64,000 nt of DNA, taken from contig JAHHIK010000017.1 in NCBI GenBank assembly GCA_019358935.1, positions 31,656-95,655 of the forward strand. Direction: 5' to 3'. Below are positions 41,815 to 51,239 of the stretch, in pieces. This DNA is from Tolypothrix carrinoi HA7290-LM1. GTDB lineage: Bacteria; Cyanobacteriota; Cyanobacteriia; Cyanobacteriales; Nostocaceae. Numbering within the stretch: position 1 is the first letter of the stretch; every line of letters starts with the position of its first letter. The position numbers and the translations under genes are program-made. A model generated the notes under the pieces. It ran no database searches. It was not told where the DNA came from and saw only the letters and a list, made by a program, of their open reading frames with translations.

Positions 41815-42025
41815 GAGGTCTTTGCCTCTAATTGTCTCATCCCTTCTCTATGAAAGTTTAATTCTTCGCCCAGTAATTGTCATAGAAGTATGGGCGATCG
41901 CTATTCTATTCAGAAGCCAATTAATTAGCGATCGCAAACGTTGAGAGGTTTGTAGTTTCATTAAACAATAAAAGATTATGAACTTAAGCAGAAGTGGTTT
42001 AGTTTTAGCAACGAGGTAACTGAAT

Positions 42026-42958
42026 TTGAAGCAAGCTCATCGAGCAATTCTATCCATAATCGCGGGCGTGGTTCTATCCACGTTCCCTAACATGGCTCTG
42101 GCTCAATCTGAAATACAGCCAAGTCAACGAGTTAGATATACCGGACTATTTACTAATACAACTTATAACTTGAGTGGTAACGTAGTTATAGAAGTTGTGC
42201 TTGAACGTCAAAATAGAATATCTGGCTACATCAATTTTACAAACTATCCAAGTGTACGGACTATCTGCGGAGCAGGGAAATTTGCAGGAATACGAGGAGG
42301 GCGTAATTTGCTATTTGATTTTGTTTCTAGTGACCCTGACCCTGGCTGCGGATTTGATCGTGGATTGAAGTTTACAGTTAGCGCAACTCTTTCAGAGGAC
42401 AACCGTACGTTAGAAAATGGAAGTTACCAAATTAATAACTCGCAGGCAGGTGTCTTTACAGCTAGTTCTTCTACTGCACTTGTACATCCCTGCAATGATG
42501 ACAGAATAAACGATAATTACAATAAAAATGATTCAAATTATCATTATTATAGTCTGACAAATGGAATTTGTTCTAAAACTTTGAAAGGCTGTACTAGGGA
42601 AAAAGTTTTCCAAACTATGATTTCACAAGAGCAGTTCATTGTGCCTTCTCCTCTTGATGATAAACCAGTAGTCCATTGTCGAGAAAAAACTTTAACTCTT
42701 GGAAATCCAATTAGAACTACTATCAATTCAAGTGACTACTCAATAACAAATTACACACTTCCAGGACATATGTTTCATCCAGGCAAGATTACTCGGAGAG
42801 TTATTGAAACAAATGATGCGATCAAAGTAACAACAATTGGAGAAGGGGTAGGCGACTACAAAAAATTCAACATATGGGTGGCTCCAGATATATGGAGTCG
42901 TGCTGATATCCTTTTAAGTGTGAGAGTAAGGTTGATTTTGTCAAACAAAAATAATTAG
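42026..42958 (+). CDS. Secreted two-domain hypothetical protein
   Basis: Signal peptide ending ALA-Q; beta-rich N-domain; C-domain NYTLPGHMFHPGKITRRV...TIGEG. Confidence 0.72.
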   Translation: MKQAHRAILSIIAGVVLSTFPNMALAQSEIQPSQRVRYTGLFTNTTYNLSGNVVIEVVLERQNRISGYINFTNYPSVRTICGAGKFAGIRGGRNLLFDFVSSDPDPGCGFDRGLKFTVSATLSEDNRTLENGSYQINNSQAGVFTASSSTALVHPCNDDRINDNYNKNDSNYHYYSLTNGICSKTLKGCTREKVFQTMISQEQFIVPSPLDDKPVVHCREKTLTLGNPIRTTINSSDYSITNYTLPGHMFHPGKITRRVIETNDAIKVTTIGEGVGDYKKFNIWVAPDIWSRADILLSVRVRLILSNKNN

Positions 42959-42988
42959 TGTAGAGGCTCCAAGCATAGCAAAGCACAG

Positions 42989-43309
42989 CTGCTTGCTATT
43001 GAGGTTCCAGTTTTTGGTATTGCTAGCCAATCAGTTTCAGGCAACGAAGTAGTCATGGAAGTGAACGGCTTCAAAGGACGAGGAATTTCAAAACCCATTA
43101 TGATTCGGTCTACCCGATTAAAAAGTCAAGGGTGTCAAATATCGGCTTTTACCAAAATCAACAAAGAAGCTACTCGGCTGCTTCAAGTCCATATTGACTT
43201 GACTAGACAGGGTTTATTTGGGCTTGGTGGTACCGTTCACAGCATCACATTTTACGGTGCTGGTCAAAAGCAGGAAAAGATTGTCTGTAGTTCTAATTGT
43301 AGTTTCTAA
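42989..43309 (+). pseudogene. 5'-truncated duplicate of the DUF4833-like gene
   Basis: About 320-bp direct repeat of 41494-41814 lacking the signal peptide and N-terminal half. Confidence 0.88.
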
Positions 43310-43456
43310 GAAGTTTGTGCCCCTGGCTGAAAAAAATTTTGGTAAGAATTTACACCCCATTCAATTTTTATTTAAATATTGAATGTTTGACTGTTGACTG
43401 TTGAAAATTCAAGTTTTATTTAGCTTTATAAATAATAAGATAACTGTATTTACATT

Positions 43457-43927
43457 ATGGCAAGAATATCATTTCCAGATAACCTTTTCTTAAAATGTTG
43501 GATATTTTGGATTATAGTCGAATGTACATTTAAAATTTCTTACGAGATGAAATCACCCACTACATTTAAGGAGTTGGAATTTTTTCATGGATTAATATTA
43601 CCTTGGTTTTGTGGGGCGATATAATCTGATTTTAAGTTTTTGTCATATGGAGTAATTGCAGTACATATATATATTGTCTTAGTTATACTCTTTCAAAACT
43701 ATGGTCTTATAAAAAATGTTAAGACATGGGTTCGTATACTATGTGTGCCGGCAATTTTCACAATATGGATTGAGCCTTGGATTACTTTTGTCACTCATAA
43801 ATCACCAGAGATTTTATTGTCTTTTTCCTTTTTACATCCGATATTATTTGTTGTTGACATAACTTTTTCTTTATTATGGCTTGTGTTAACTTACATTATT
43901 TGTAAATTCCTTGACGAGGAATTTTAG
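43457..43927 (+). pseudogene. AT-rich membrane-protein ORF interrupted by one in-frame TAA (43622-43624)
   Basis: ATG at 43457 is open for 55 codons, then TAA, then the same frame continues into the 43640-43927 hydrophobic ORF. Confidence 0.5.
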
Positions 43928-43948
43928 ATTTACTTGGTTTAATGTAAA

Positions 43949-44010
43949 CCTCAAGAAAAATTTCTTCACTGTTTGCAGCACGGAATAATTCAAAAGACGT
44001 ATATAATTTG
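43949..44010 (+). promoter_or_regulatory. Divergent promoter-repeat copy GCAGCA-N17-CGTATA
   Basis: CCTCAAGAAAAATTTCTTCACTGTTTGCAGCACGG...CGTATATA. Confidence 0.65.
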
Positions 44011-44234
44011 TGATGAAATCTTTGGTGTTTAACCCTACGAATGTCACTCTCGCAGGAGTATAATTAAGGGCGAGTGCCTCCGGCACGCTACGCGAACGTG
44101 AAAACCGAAGCAGAGAGTATGGTTGAACCTCGCCTTTCTGAGGCAATGGGCAGATGATGAACGCCGCACCTTGAACAATTTAATAACGATACTTCTAGAG
44201 AAGCGGTAACAGAGAAAAAGGAGAATAAAAACGA

Positions 44235-44600
44235 ATGACCAACGCAGGACAACCACCAACCATTGAGGAACGCTTAAGCCGCCTAGAAAATATCTTTGCC
44301 AACATTGGTGAAACGGTAGTTGCACAAAGCGACACTATTGATGTTGTCGTTAAGAACATCACGCAATTGAGCGAGAACGTCAACAGGTTGAATAATGTTG
44401 TTGACAATCTAGCTATCAGTGTCAATCAGTTGAGTACAGAAGTATCAACAACAACTAGGAATATTGCAGCTTTAACAACCCAAGCCGCAGAAGACAGACA
44501 ACAAGCCGCTATTGACCGCCAAGAGTTCCGAACAGAGATTCGGCGTATTTGGGAATATCTACGCGATCGCAACGGTGGCAGCAGCACACCTAGTAGTTAA
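44235..44600 (+). CDS. Coiled-coil hypothetical protein (cyanobacterial IRRIWEYL type)
   Basis: RBS AGGAG; heptad pattern. Confidence 0.75.
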   Translation: MTNAGQPPTIEERLSRLENIFANIGETVVAQSDTIDVVVKNITQLSENVNRLNNVVDNLAISVNQLSTEVSTTTRNIAALTTQAAEDRQQAAIDRQEFRTEIRRIWEYLRDRNGGSSTPSS

Positions 44601-44653
44601 TTCTGAGGAGAGGAAGACAAAAAATGACTCCAGGCAAATTAGAAATTACTATA

Positions 44654-45024
44654 ACTTACGCATTGACAGAAAATTGATACTATGCAGTCAAGCCAAACTT
44701 CTGTGTTAGGTGTTTCAAAATAAAGTCACGAGCCACTTGAAGAGATAAATTTCTTTGGATTTCATACCAATTTTCAATTAACTCTTCGACACGCATTAAT
44801 TCTAATTGTGTAAAAGCTCGAATTGCACTAAAAAAATGAGTTTTAATTGCCTCAGTTGTTCTCACCATGAAGTTACCGATACCACATACTTGTTTAATGG
44901 CTCTGTGCGAAGATTCAATTCCCCAATGTATTGAATGTAATTCCTTAAATTCGGTTCTAGAGATTGAATTTAGTACATCTTTATCAGGATTGTACATAAT
45001 GTAATATCTGTAAGTTTCGTTTTT
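44654..45024 (-). mobile_element. IS701-family transposase 3' fragment with terminal repeat
   Basis: HWGIESSHRAIKQVCGIGNFMVR...H signature; end sequence TGTCAATGCGTAAG; 5' part missing. Confidence 0.75.
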
Positions 45025-45196
45025 GTACGGAGGAAACCGAGCGCGAGAACTTCTCTCTGCGTTTCAAAACGCTACGAACTTATACAAAGCTGTACTTAGC
45101 AATTTTCCGGCGAAAGCGATTTAAATCGAGTCGCGACCTCTTGTAATAAGACAATTTAACTGTTATCAAGATGTGGGGAATGATAAAGTTTTAGAT

Positions 45197-46672
45197 ATGC
45201 GTATTCAAATTGTAATTTTGATTGTCGGGATGTTTGTCAGCTGGAGTTACCAGGTGCGTGCAGAATCTGAACTGAAGAATGATACCAACTTGCCGTCAAC
45301 CGTAGAAACTGACATAGAGAATATGGATGAACCACTCCCCACATTACCAAGTGTTGAGAGGGCTGAGGTTAGCGAGAAAATTGTTAAAGATATCCAAATC
45401 CGTTTTCTCAATAATAAAGATAAGTGGGTAGATGAAAAAGGTCGCCCCATAGAAGGACGGACTCAGAAAAATTTTATCATTGACAATCTGAGATTAAAGC
45501 CAGGTCAAATATTTCGTAACGATTTATTTCAAAAAGACGTAGAAAGATTAAGGAGATTAAATTCATTTGATAAAGTCAACTTTGTTTTAGAAGAAGATGA
45601 TACAAGTCTTAATATCGTCTATTACATTAAAGAAAATAAATTTCCTTCTTGGAACTTTGGCGGTGGTGATAACGGTGATGTTGGGCTTTACGGTAAGGTA
45701 GGTTATCGAGATGCAAACATCAACGGACTTAATGAACAACTAGATACTAGCGTTCAAGTCAGCGGTAAAGATGTTCAATTTGATACTTCCTTTATCAGCC
45801 CTTATCGTCGAGGAGAACCAAGTCGCTTAGGTTACAGCTTTCGAGCTTTTCGCGAACGAGATTTATCTCGAACCTTCAACGATGAAATCAAGTTGTCAAA
45901 CGGTAGCACCGCACGAGAAGGAAGATTTGGCGGTTCTTTTGCTGTTTTAAAATCTTTTGATGATTGGGATGCAGCTTTAGGTCTGAACTACACGAGAATT
46001 AGCTTGCGCGATCGCGATTATAATCTGGCACGAGTCGATAGATTGGGAAGCCCTCTTTCAGTAAGCGGTACTGGTATTGATGATTTAGTTACAGTGTCCT
46101 TTGCTGTCAGCAAAGATGAACGCGATCGCCGTAGCAATCCAACTAAAGGATCGCTTCTGACTCTTAGCACCGAACAAGCAATTCCCATCGGACTCGGTAA
46201 AATTGCTAGTAACCGATTGCTGGCAAACTATATTTTATACGTACCAGTTACTTTCATAGGTAATAGCTCAACAGAAAATACAGAAATGATCGCTTTGAAT
46301 TTGCAAGCTGGGACAAATATCGGCGAATTTCCACCCGCAAACGCATTTGATTTGGGTGGATTGAATTCTGTTAGAGGTTACGGAGGTGGTAGAGTCGCTA
46401 GCGCACGTAGTTATGGTTTGGCTTCTGTAGAATATCGTTTCCCGATTTTGCAAAGAGTCGGAGGAGTTTTATTTGCAGACTTCGGTTCCGATTTTGGGTC
46501 TAGCAAAACCGTGTTAGGGGAACCGGGTATACTGCGAGGTAAACCCGGAAGTGGGTTTGGTTACGGGTTAGGATTGCGAGTCAAGTCACCGTTTGGCTTG
46601 ATTCGCGGTGACTTGGGAATTAGCGACCAGGGAGAAGTCAAATTTGAAGTTACCACCGGTCAGCGGTTTTGA
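45197..46672 (+). CDS. BamA/TamA (Omp85) family outer membrane protein
   Basis: One POTRA-like domain, LGGLNSVRGY, SVEYRFP, GLRVKSPFGLIRGD, terminal Phe. Confidence 0.9.
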   Translation: MRIQIVILIVGMFVSWSYQVRAESELKNDTNLPSTVETDIENMDEPLPTLPSVERAEVSEKIVKDIQIRFLNNKDKWVDEKGRPIEGRTQKNFIIDNLRLKPGQIFRNDLFQKDVERLRRLNSFDKVNFVLEEDDTSLNIVYYIKENKFPSWNFGGGDNGDVGLYGKVGYRDANINGLNEQLDTSVQVSGKDVQFDTSFISPYRRGEPSRLGYSFRAFRERDLSRTFNDEIKLSNGSTAREGRFGGSFAVLKSFDDWDAALGLNYTRISLRDRDYNLARVDRLGSPLSVSGTGIDDLVTVSFAVSKDERDRRSNPTKGSLLTLSTEQAIPIGLGKIASNRLLANYILYVPVTFIGNSSTENTEMIALNLQAGTNIGEFPPANAFDLGGLNSVRGYGGGRVASARSYGLASVEYRFPILQRVGGVLFADFGSDFGSSKTVLGEPGILRGKPGSGFGYGLGLRVKSPFGLIRGDLGISDQGEVKFEVTTGQRF

Positions 46673-46689
46673 GTTGGGAGAGTTCTTGA

Positions 46690-46893
46690 GAGGGGGACAG
46701 GGGGACAAGGGGGACAAGGGGGACAAGGGGGACAAGGGGGACAAGGGAGACAAGGAGACAAGGAGGACAGAGGTAAATTTTGACTTTTAACTCGTACAGA
46801 CGCGATATATCGCGTCTCTACAACTCCTAACTCTTAACTCCTAACTCCTAACTCCTAACTCCCAACTCCCCATTCCCCATTCCCCCATTACCA
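46690..46893. repeat. STRR tandem repeats (GGGGACAAG, AACTCCT, CCCCATT)
   Basis: Directly visible arrays between convergent genes. Confidence 0.85.
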
Positions 46894-46894
46894 A

Positions 46895-49800
46895 TTACTC
46901 TTGACTTTCTTGGAAAAACTTCTTGTGAATGATTCTAGTCTGTTGTCCGTCAGTAGTAACTGCGGTCATGAGATAATCAATCAAGCTGTCTGTAAAGGGG
47001 ACACGTAAGTGGAAAGTTCCATCGGGTTTGAGTTTGATGGAATGACCACCGATTGTCACGGTTGCACCTGGTTCTGTTGCTCCGTGGATAATTAACTCAG
47101 CATCCGCTTGAAACCAGAAATCAGGCTGGGGACGGGTATAGACGCGAACCGTGGCTGAACGAGCTAGTAAAAACCAGCGATCGCTATTAATTAAATAGCC
47201 AATTTCTGCCATATAATCGCGATCGCTTGCCGGAATCGCTACATAGCGATCGTGTGTTACCTCCTCACATTCATACTGCTGCACCAGTGTGGGAGTCTGA
47301 TAACTGAAGTCAATATCAGTCACATCATACAACCGCAACGCTAATTGGCAAACTCCTTCTTGCTGCACTGCTTTTTTCTGGCTGTCGTCAACGTTCCAAG
47401 ATACATAAGCCCATTTTGCCGTGCGGGGTGCGATCGCAATGCTGCTTTCTACATCCTTTTCTTCGCTAATTGTATCTTCACTTACCGTTGTATCAGTGTT
47501 TTCCGTATTGTTATATATCATAGACCAAGCTCCAGCACCCGCACCCGCACCGACAAAAGGCACACCACCCGCTAAGTCTACCGGGCTGGATTCAGTAACA
47601 TTTTGTTCAGGTTCGGGGACGTTAGATACAGCCTCGTTTATGTCTTCATCGATGGGTACGTTGGCTGGTAGTTCTAAGTTTGCATCTGTAACTTCTGCGG
47701 GTGTTTCGCTTGATTCTGGTGAGTTTAAAGAAGTTGTCTCGCCCATATCAAACAAATCTGATGATACATCATCTTCTAAAGTTGCATCATCCGCAGAGGT
47801 AATATTTTCTAGCCAGTTTGATTCAGCAGATAAATCTTCCTCAGCTGCGTCTGCAACCACATCCAAAGCAGCTTCCGGAACATCTGGTAATTCCGGCATT
47901 GCAGGTATAACTTCCACTGTTGGCAATTGTGCATCTAAAACAGCTTCTCCAACGTCTGGCTGTTTTGCGGGTGTAACTTGCACTGTTGGCAATTGTGCAT
48001 TTAAAACAGCTTCTTTTACATCTGGCTGTTTTACAGGTGTAATTTCCACTGTTGGCAATTGTGCATTCAAAACAGCTTCTTTTACATCTGGCTGTTTTAC
48101 AGGTGTTTCGATATCCCAAAAATCTTCGTCAATATTGCTGACTTCTGTGGTATAATCACTACTTTCGGGTTGCGCTTTACCAGACAGTCGCGACCAAAGT
48201 ACTGCCCCACCTTCTGCTACTGCATTACCCGCAGAGGTGATATTCTCTAGCCAGTTAGATTGAGCTGGTTGTTCTGTCTCGTCTTGTGCGAATTCCATGT
48301 CCCAATCGTCTTCGTCAGCTGCAAGTTCGGGGACATTTGGCAATTCGGGTAGAGAATCGGTAATTTGCGTTGTCAATGTTTCTACTTGATTAGATGCAAC
48401 TTCTGGGACATCTGGCGATTTGGTGGGGGGTGCTTCTACATTAGATGTAAGTTCGGTGACTTCTGGTGATTCAATTGCGGGTGTTTCGATATCCCAGAAA
48501 TCTTCGTCAGCATCGTTGGTTTGTGTGGTTTGGTTAGTAGCTTCGGGTTGTGAATCTCTATTTTGCGATCGCGACCAAAGTACTGCCCCACTTCCTGCTG
48601 CTACTGTACCACCAAGAGAGGTGATATTCTGTAACCAGTTAAATTGTTGTGCTGGTGGTTGTACTTCTGTCTCGTCTTGTGCAAATTCCATATCCCAGTC
48701 ATCTTCATCAGATGCAAGTTCGGGGAATGAATCTGTAATTTCTCTTGTCGATTTTTCTACATCTTCATCATATACAAGTTCAGAGACATCTGGCTGTTCG
48801 GGGAATGAAGCTGTAATTTCCGTGGGGGGTGTTTCTACATCTGTAGGAATTTGCGCTTCTTTTGGTGTAATTTCAATTATCGATGCTTCTGGATTCGATG
48901 CAAGGGAAAGAGAATTTCTAACTTCAGTTGTCGGTGCTTCAGTATTTACTTCAGATTCTACATTCGATGGAAGCGGGAGAGAATTTCTAACTTCAGTTGT
49001 CGGTGTTTCTACTGCTGTAATTTCCGTTGTTGGTGCTTCGATATTTACATCCGATGCTACGTGTTGAGAATCTCTAACTTCAGTTGCCGATGCATCTACT
49101 GTGGTGGAATATTGCAGTTTGGGGGTTGTGACTTCGGCTGGTGGAGTTTCAATATCCCAGACATCTTCTTCAAGGTCGTTGCTTTCTGGAGTTTGGGCGT
49201 TAGCGAAGCTCGCCGTTGGCGAAGCCTCTCGAAGAGAAGGCATCGCTTCTCTTTGTGTGCCAGTTAATGGCGACCAAAGTATTGACCCGCCTGCTGCTAC
49301 TGTACCACCAAGAGAGGTGTTTAATCGTGCTGGTGGTAGTGCTTCAGCCGTGGGTATTGGTGCATCTGGCGGTTGGACGGTTGTTTCGGTTACAGGTGCT
49401 TCGGCATTCGATACGACTTGGGGAACATTTGATGATAATGTTTCAGTATTATTCCTGATTTCTGTAGGCTCATCTGCTGCTGTCTCAGATGTTGGCGACC
49501 AAGTGCTTGTCCCTATCCCTACTGGTGCAACGCCTGCTAAAGCTGCGCTACCACCGGAGGTAATGTTAGAAACTGGTAATGTTGTGTCTTCAGGCACATT
49601 AGCTGCGGTGTTAGTTACCCCGATGTCGGAAACAGGGGTAGTATTTTCTACCGCGCCGGATTGTGTTTGCGCGTAAGCGCGAAGCAACTGGTTATCAGAC
49701 AAAGCCTCGCTAACAGGAGGGGCAACACTTGCGTTTAGGGCTGTTGTTGGTATAGTCTCTTCTAAGGGCTGATTGGATGATTCTATTACGTTGTCTGTTG

Positions 49801-50950
49801 GTTGAGGTTTGGATCGCCTTTTTCCTAGCAACCACAATAATAAACCGCCGATTACAGGCAAAGTTAACAACCACCACCAAGGGGATATTCTCTCATTGGC
49901 AACGTTTTGAGTAGTAGCAGGTACAGGTACTGCGGAATTATTTTGATTAGCCGTTGTCGGGTTGGTAGCTTCCCCAAGCGGTGAAGTTGCATTTTCTGCC
50001 GGCGCGGTAGTTGGCGAGGCAATTGGATTTGGGGGGATTGTTTGTAGTAGACTGGCAGCGATCGCATTAGCTTCGGTGGTTCTCGCTTGTTCTACAGCCT
50101 GAATACCTGGCTTGGCAGTTGCAAAGCCAAGAAAACCTGCGATACCTAAACTAGGATTTTTCTTGTAAACGTATACAAAAGGCTGCGAGAAGGGATATCT
50201 CGGATCGTCTGGCGAGGTATTATGCAATTTGAGCGATCGCACATCTTGCAGCTTTGATATTTGATTAACCATGACATAGCTAATGCCGTCTTTGCCCAGT
50301 TGCTTGACAACTTCTGCTGTATTATCATCAGCTAATTGCGTAGCTGTAGAGCCTGTGGCAAATTTATTTGTTTTGAAGACCGGATAATCGCGTAAAGACT
50401 CGCGAGTGTCGCTTGTTGCCGGACGGTCAATAAAGCGAATTTTAGCTGATGGTCCTCCTAACTCAGACCAATCGGTAATTTCCCCTCGGAAAATTTTCGC
50501 AAATTGCTTACTTGTCAAGCTGCCTTTAAAAGGATTAGAAGCACCAACTACGATCGCTATTTTTTCGCGACGCACCCGCACTTGCTCTAAACCTTGCGCT
50601 TTTTCTTCTGGTGTCAAGTCGCGAGCAATTGTGGCTATATCGATTTTACCATCTTGCAAAGCTTTGAGAGCAGAATCTGTACCGTTGGCAGCTAATTCAA
50701 CTGAAGTGCCCGAAAACTGTTTTTCAAAGCTTTGTTTCAGGCTTTGATTGATTGGTGTCATGCTACTTGAACCATCAATCCTCACTGTAGTCCCATTCTC
50801 AACCGTTTGCGGCAGAGGAAATGAAGGATCTTCAGTTGCTTTTTGTGCTTGTACGCAGTTTGGTGCGAAGAGAGTTACTGCTGGGGAAGTTAATGCCAGC
50901 AGTAATGCCAAACTGACTATCGAACTATCTTTTTTCTCTTTTTGCCACAT
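46895..50950 (-). CDS. PstS-like substrate-binding domain + TM + acidic repetitive spacer + DUF4912 protein
   Basis: IDGSSSM, DRPATSDTR, YPFSQPF; TM WWWLLTLPVIGGLLLWLL; C-terminal WAYVSW...LRLYDVT...AEIGY...LARS, ADAELIIHGATEP. Confidence 0.82.
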   Translation of the reverse strand: MWQKEKKDSSIVSLALLLALTSPAVTLFAPNCVQAQKATEDPSFPLPQTVENGTTVRIDGSSSMTPINQSLKQSFEKQFSGTSVELAANGTDSALKALQDGKIDIATIARDLTPEEKAQGLEQVRVRREKIAIVVGASNPFKGSLTSKQFAKIFRGEITDWSELGGPSAKIRFIDRPATSDTRESLRDYPVFKTNKFATGSTATQLADDNTAEVVKQLGKDGISYVMVNQISKLQDVRSLKLHNTSPDDPRYPFSQPFVYVYKKNPSLGIAGFLGFATAKPGIQAVEQARTTEANAIAASLLQTIPPNPIASPTTAPAENATSPLGEATNPTTANQNNSAVPVPATTQNVANERISPWWWLLTLPVIGGLLLWLLGKRRSKPQPTDNVIESSNQPLEETIPTTALNASVAPPVSEALSDNQLLRAYAQTQSGAVENTTPVSDIGVTNTAANVPEDTTLPVSNITSGGSAALAGVAPVGIGTSTWSPTSETAADEPTEIRNNTETLSSNVPQVVSNAEAPVTETTVQPPDAPIPTAEALPPARLNTSLGGTVAAGGSILWSPLTGTQREAMPSLREASPTASFANAQTPESNDLEEDVWDIETPPAEVTTPKLQYSTTVDASATEVRDSQHVASDVNIEAPTTEITAVETPTTEVRNSLPLPSNVESEVNTEAPTTEVRNSLSLASNPEASIIEITPKEAQIPTDVETPPTEITASFPEQPDVSELVYDEDVEKSTREITDSFPELASDEDDWDMEFAQDETEVQPPAQQFNWLQNITSLGGTVAAGSGAVLWSRSQNRDSQPEATNQTTQTNDADEDFWDIETPAIESPEVTELTSNVEAPPTKSPDVPEVASNQVETLTTQITDSLPELPNVPELAADEDDWDMEFAQDETEQPAQSNWLENITSAGNAVAEGGAVLWSRLSGKAQPESSDYTTEVSNIDEDFWDIETPVKQPDVKEAVLNAQLPTVEITPVKQPDVKEAVLNAQLPTVQVTPAKQPDVGEAVLDAQLPTVEVIPAMPELPDVPEAALDVVADAAEEDLSAESNWLENITSADDATLEDDVSSDLFDMGETTSLNSPESSETPAEVTDANLELPANVPIDEDINEAVSNVPEPEQNVTESSPVDLAGGVPFVGAGAGAGAWSMIYNNTENTDTTVSEDTISEEKDVESSIAIAPRTAKWAYVSWNVDDSQKKAVQQEGVCQLALRLYDVTDIDFSYQTPTLVQQYECEEVTHDRYVAIPASDRDYMAEIGYLINSDRWFLLARSATVRVYTRPQPDFWFQADAELIIHGATEPGATVTIGGHSIKLKPDGTFHLRVPFTDSLIDYLMTAVTTDGQQTRIIHKKFFQESQE

Positions 50951-51239
50951 ATGCCCCTTATCAAGGTAAAGGAATATTATTACCGACTAGTCTTAATCGT
51001 TATCTTTTTATAGAGGAGACGCGCTAATTATAGTTCCTAAGTGCATAGTCGAATACGATCAATTGTATTTTTTTGCTACAAATATTTAAGCAACTCCAAA
51101 TTTATACGTAAATTACTATAGTTTCTTTACTTAAAATGAACAGCATATCATGATATCAACTATATAATGTCGCCAAATGATGATAATTGAGTTCTGAAAA
51201 TACGCAAAAAGTCAAAAATTAAATACTATTACAAGAATA

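Noticed and set aside
42500..42958. Polymorphic toxin domain
   Set aside because: The motif looks familiar, but I cannot assign a catalytic family by eye and there is no adjacent intact immunity gene.
47345..49676. Long plus-strand ORFs antisense to the PstS-DUF4912 gene
   Set aside because: Shadow frames of a low-complexity coding region.
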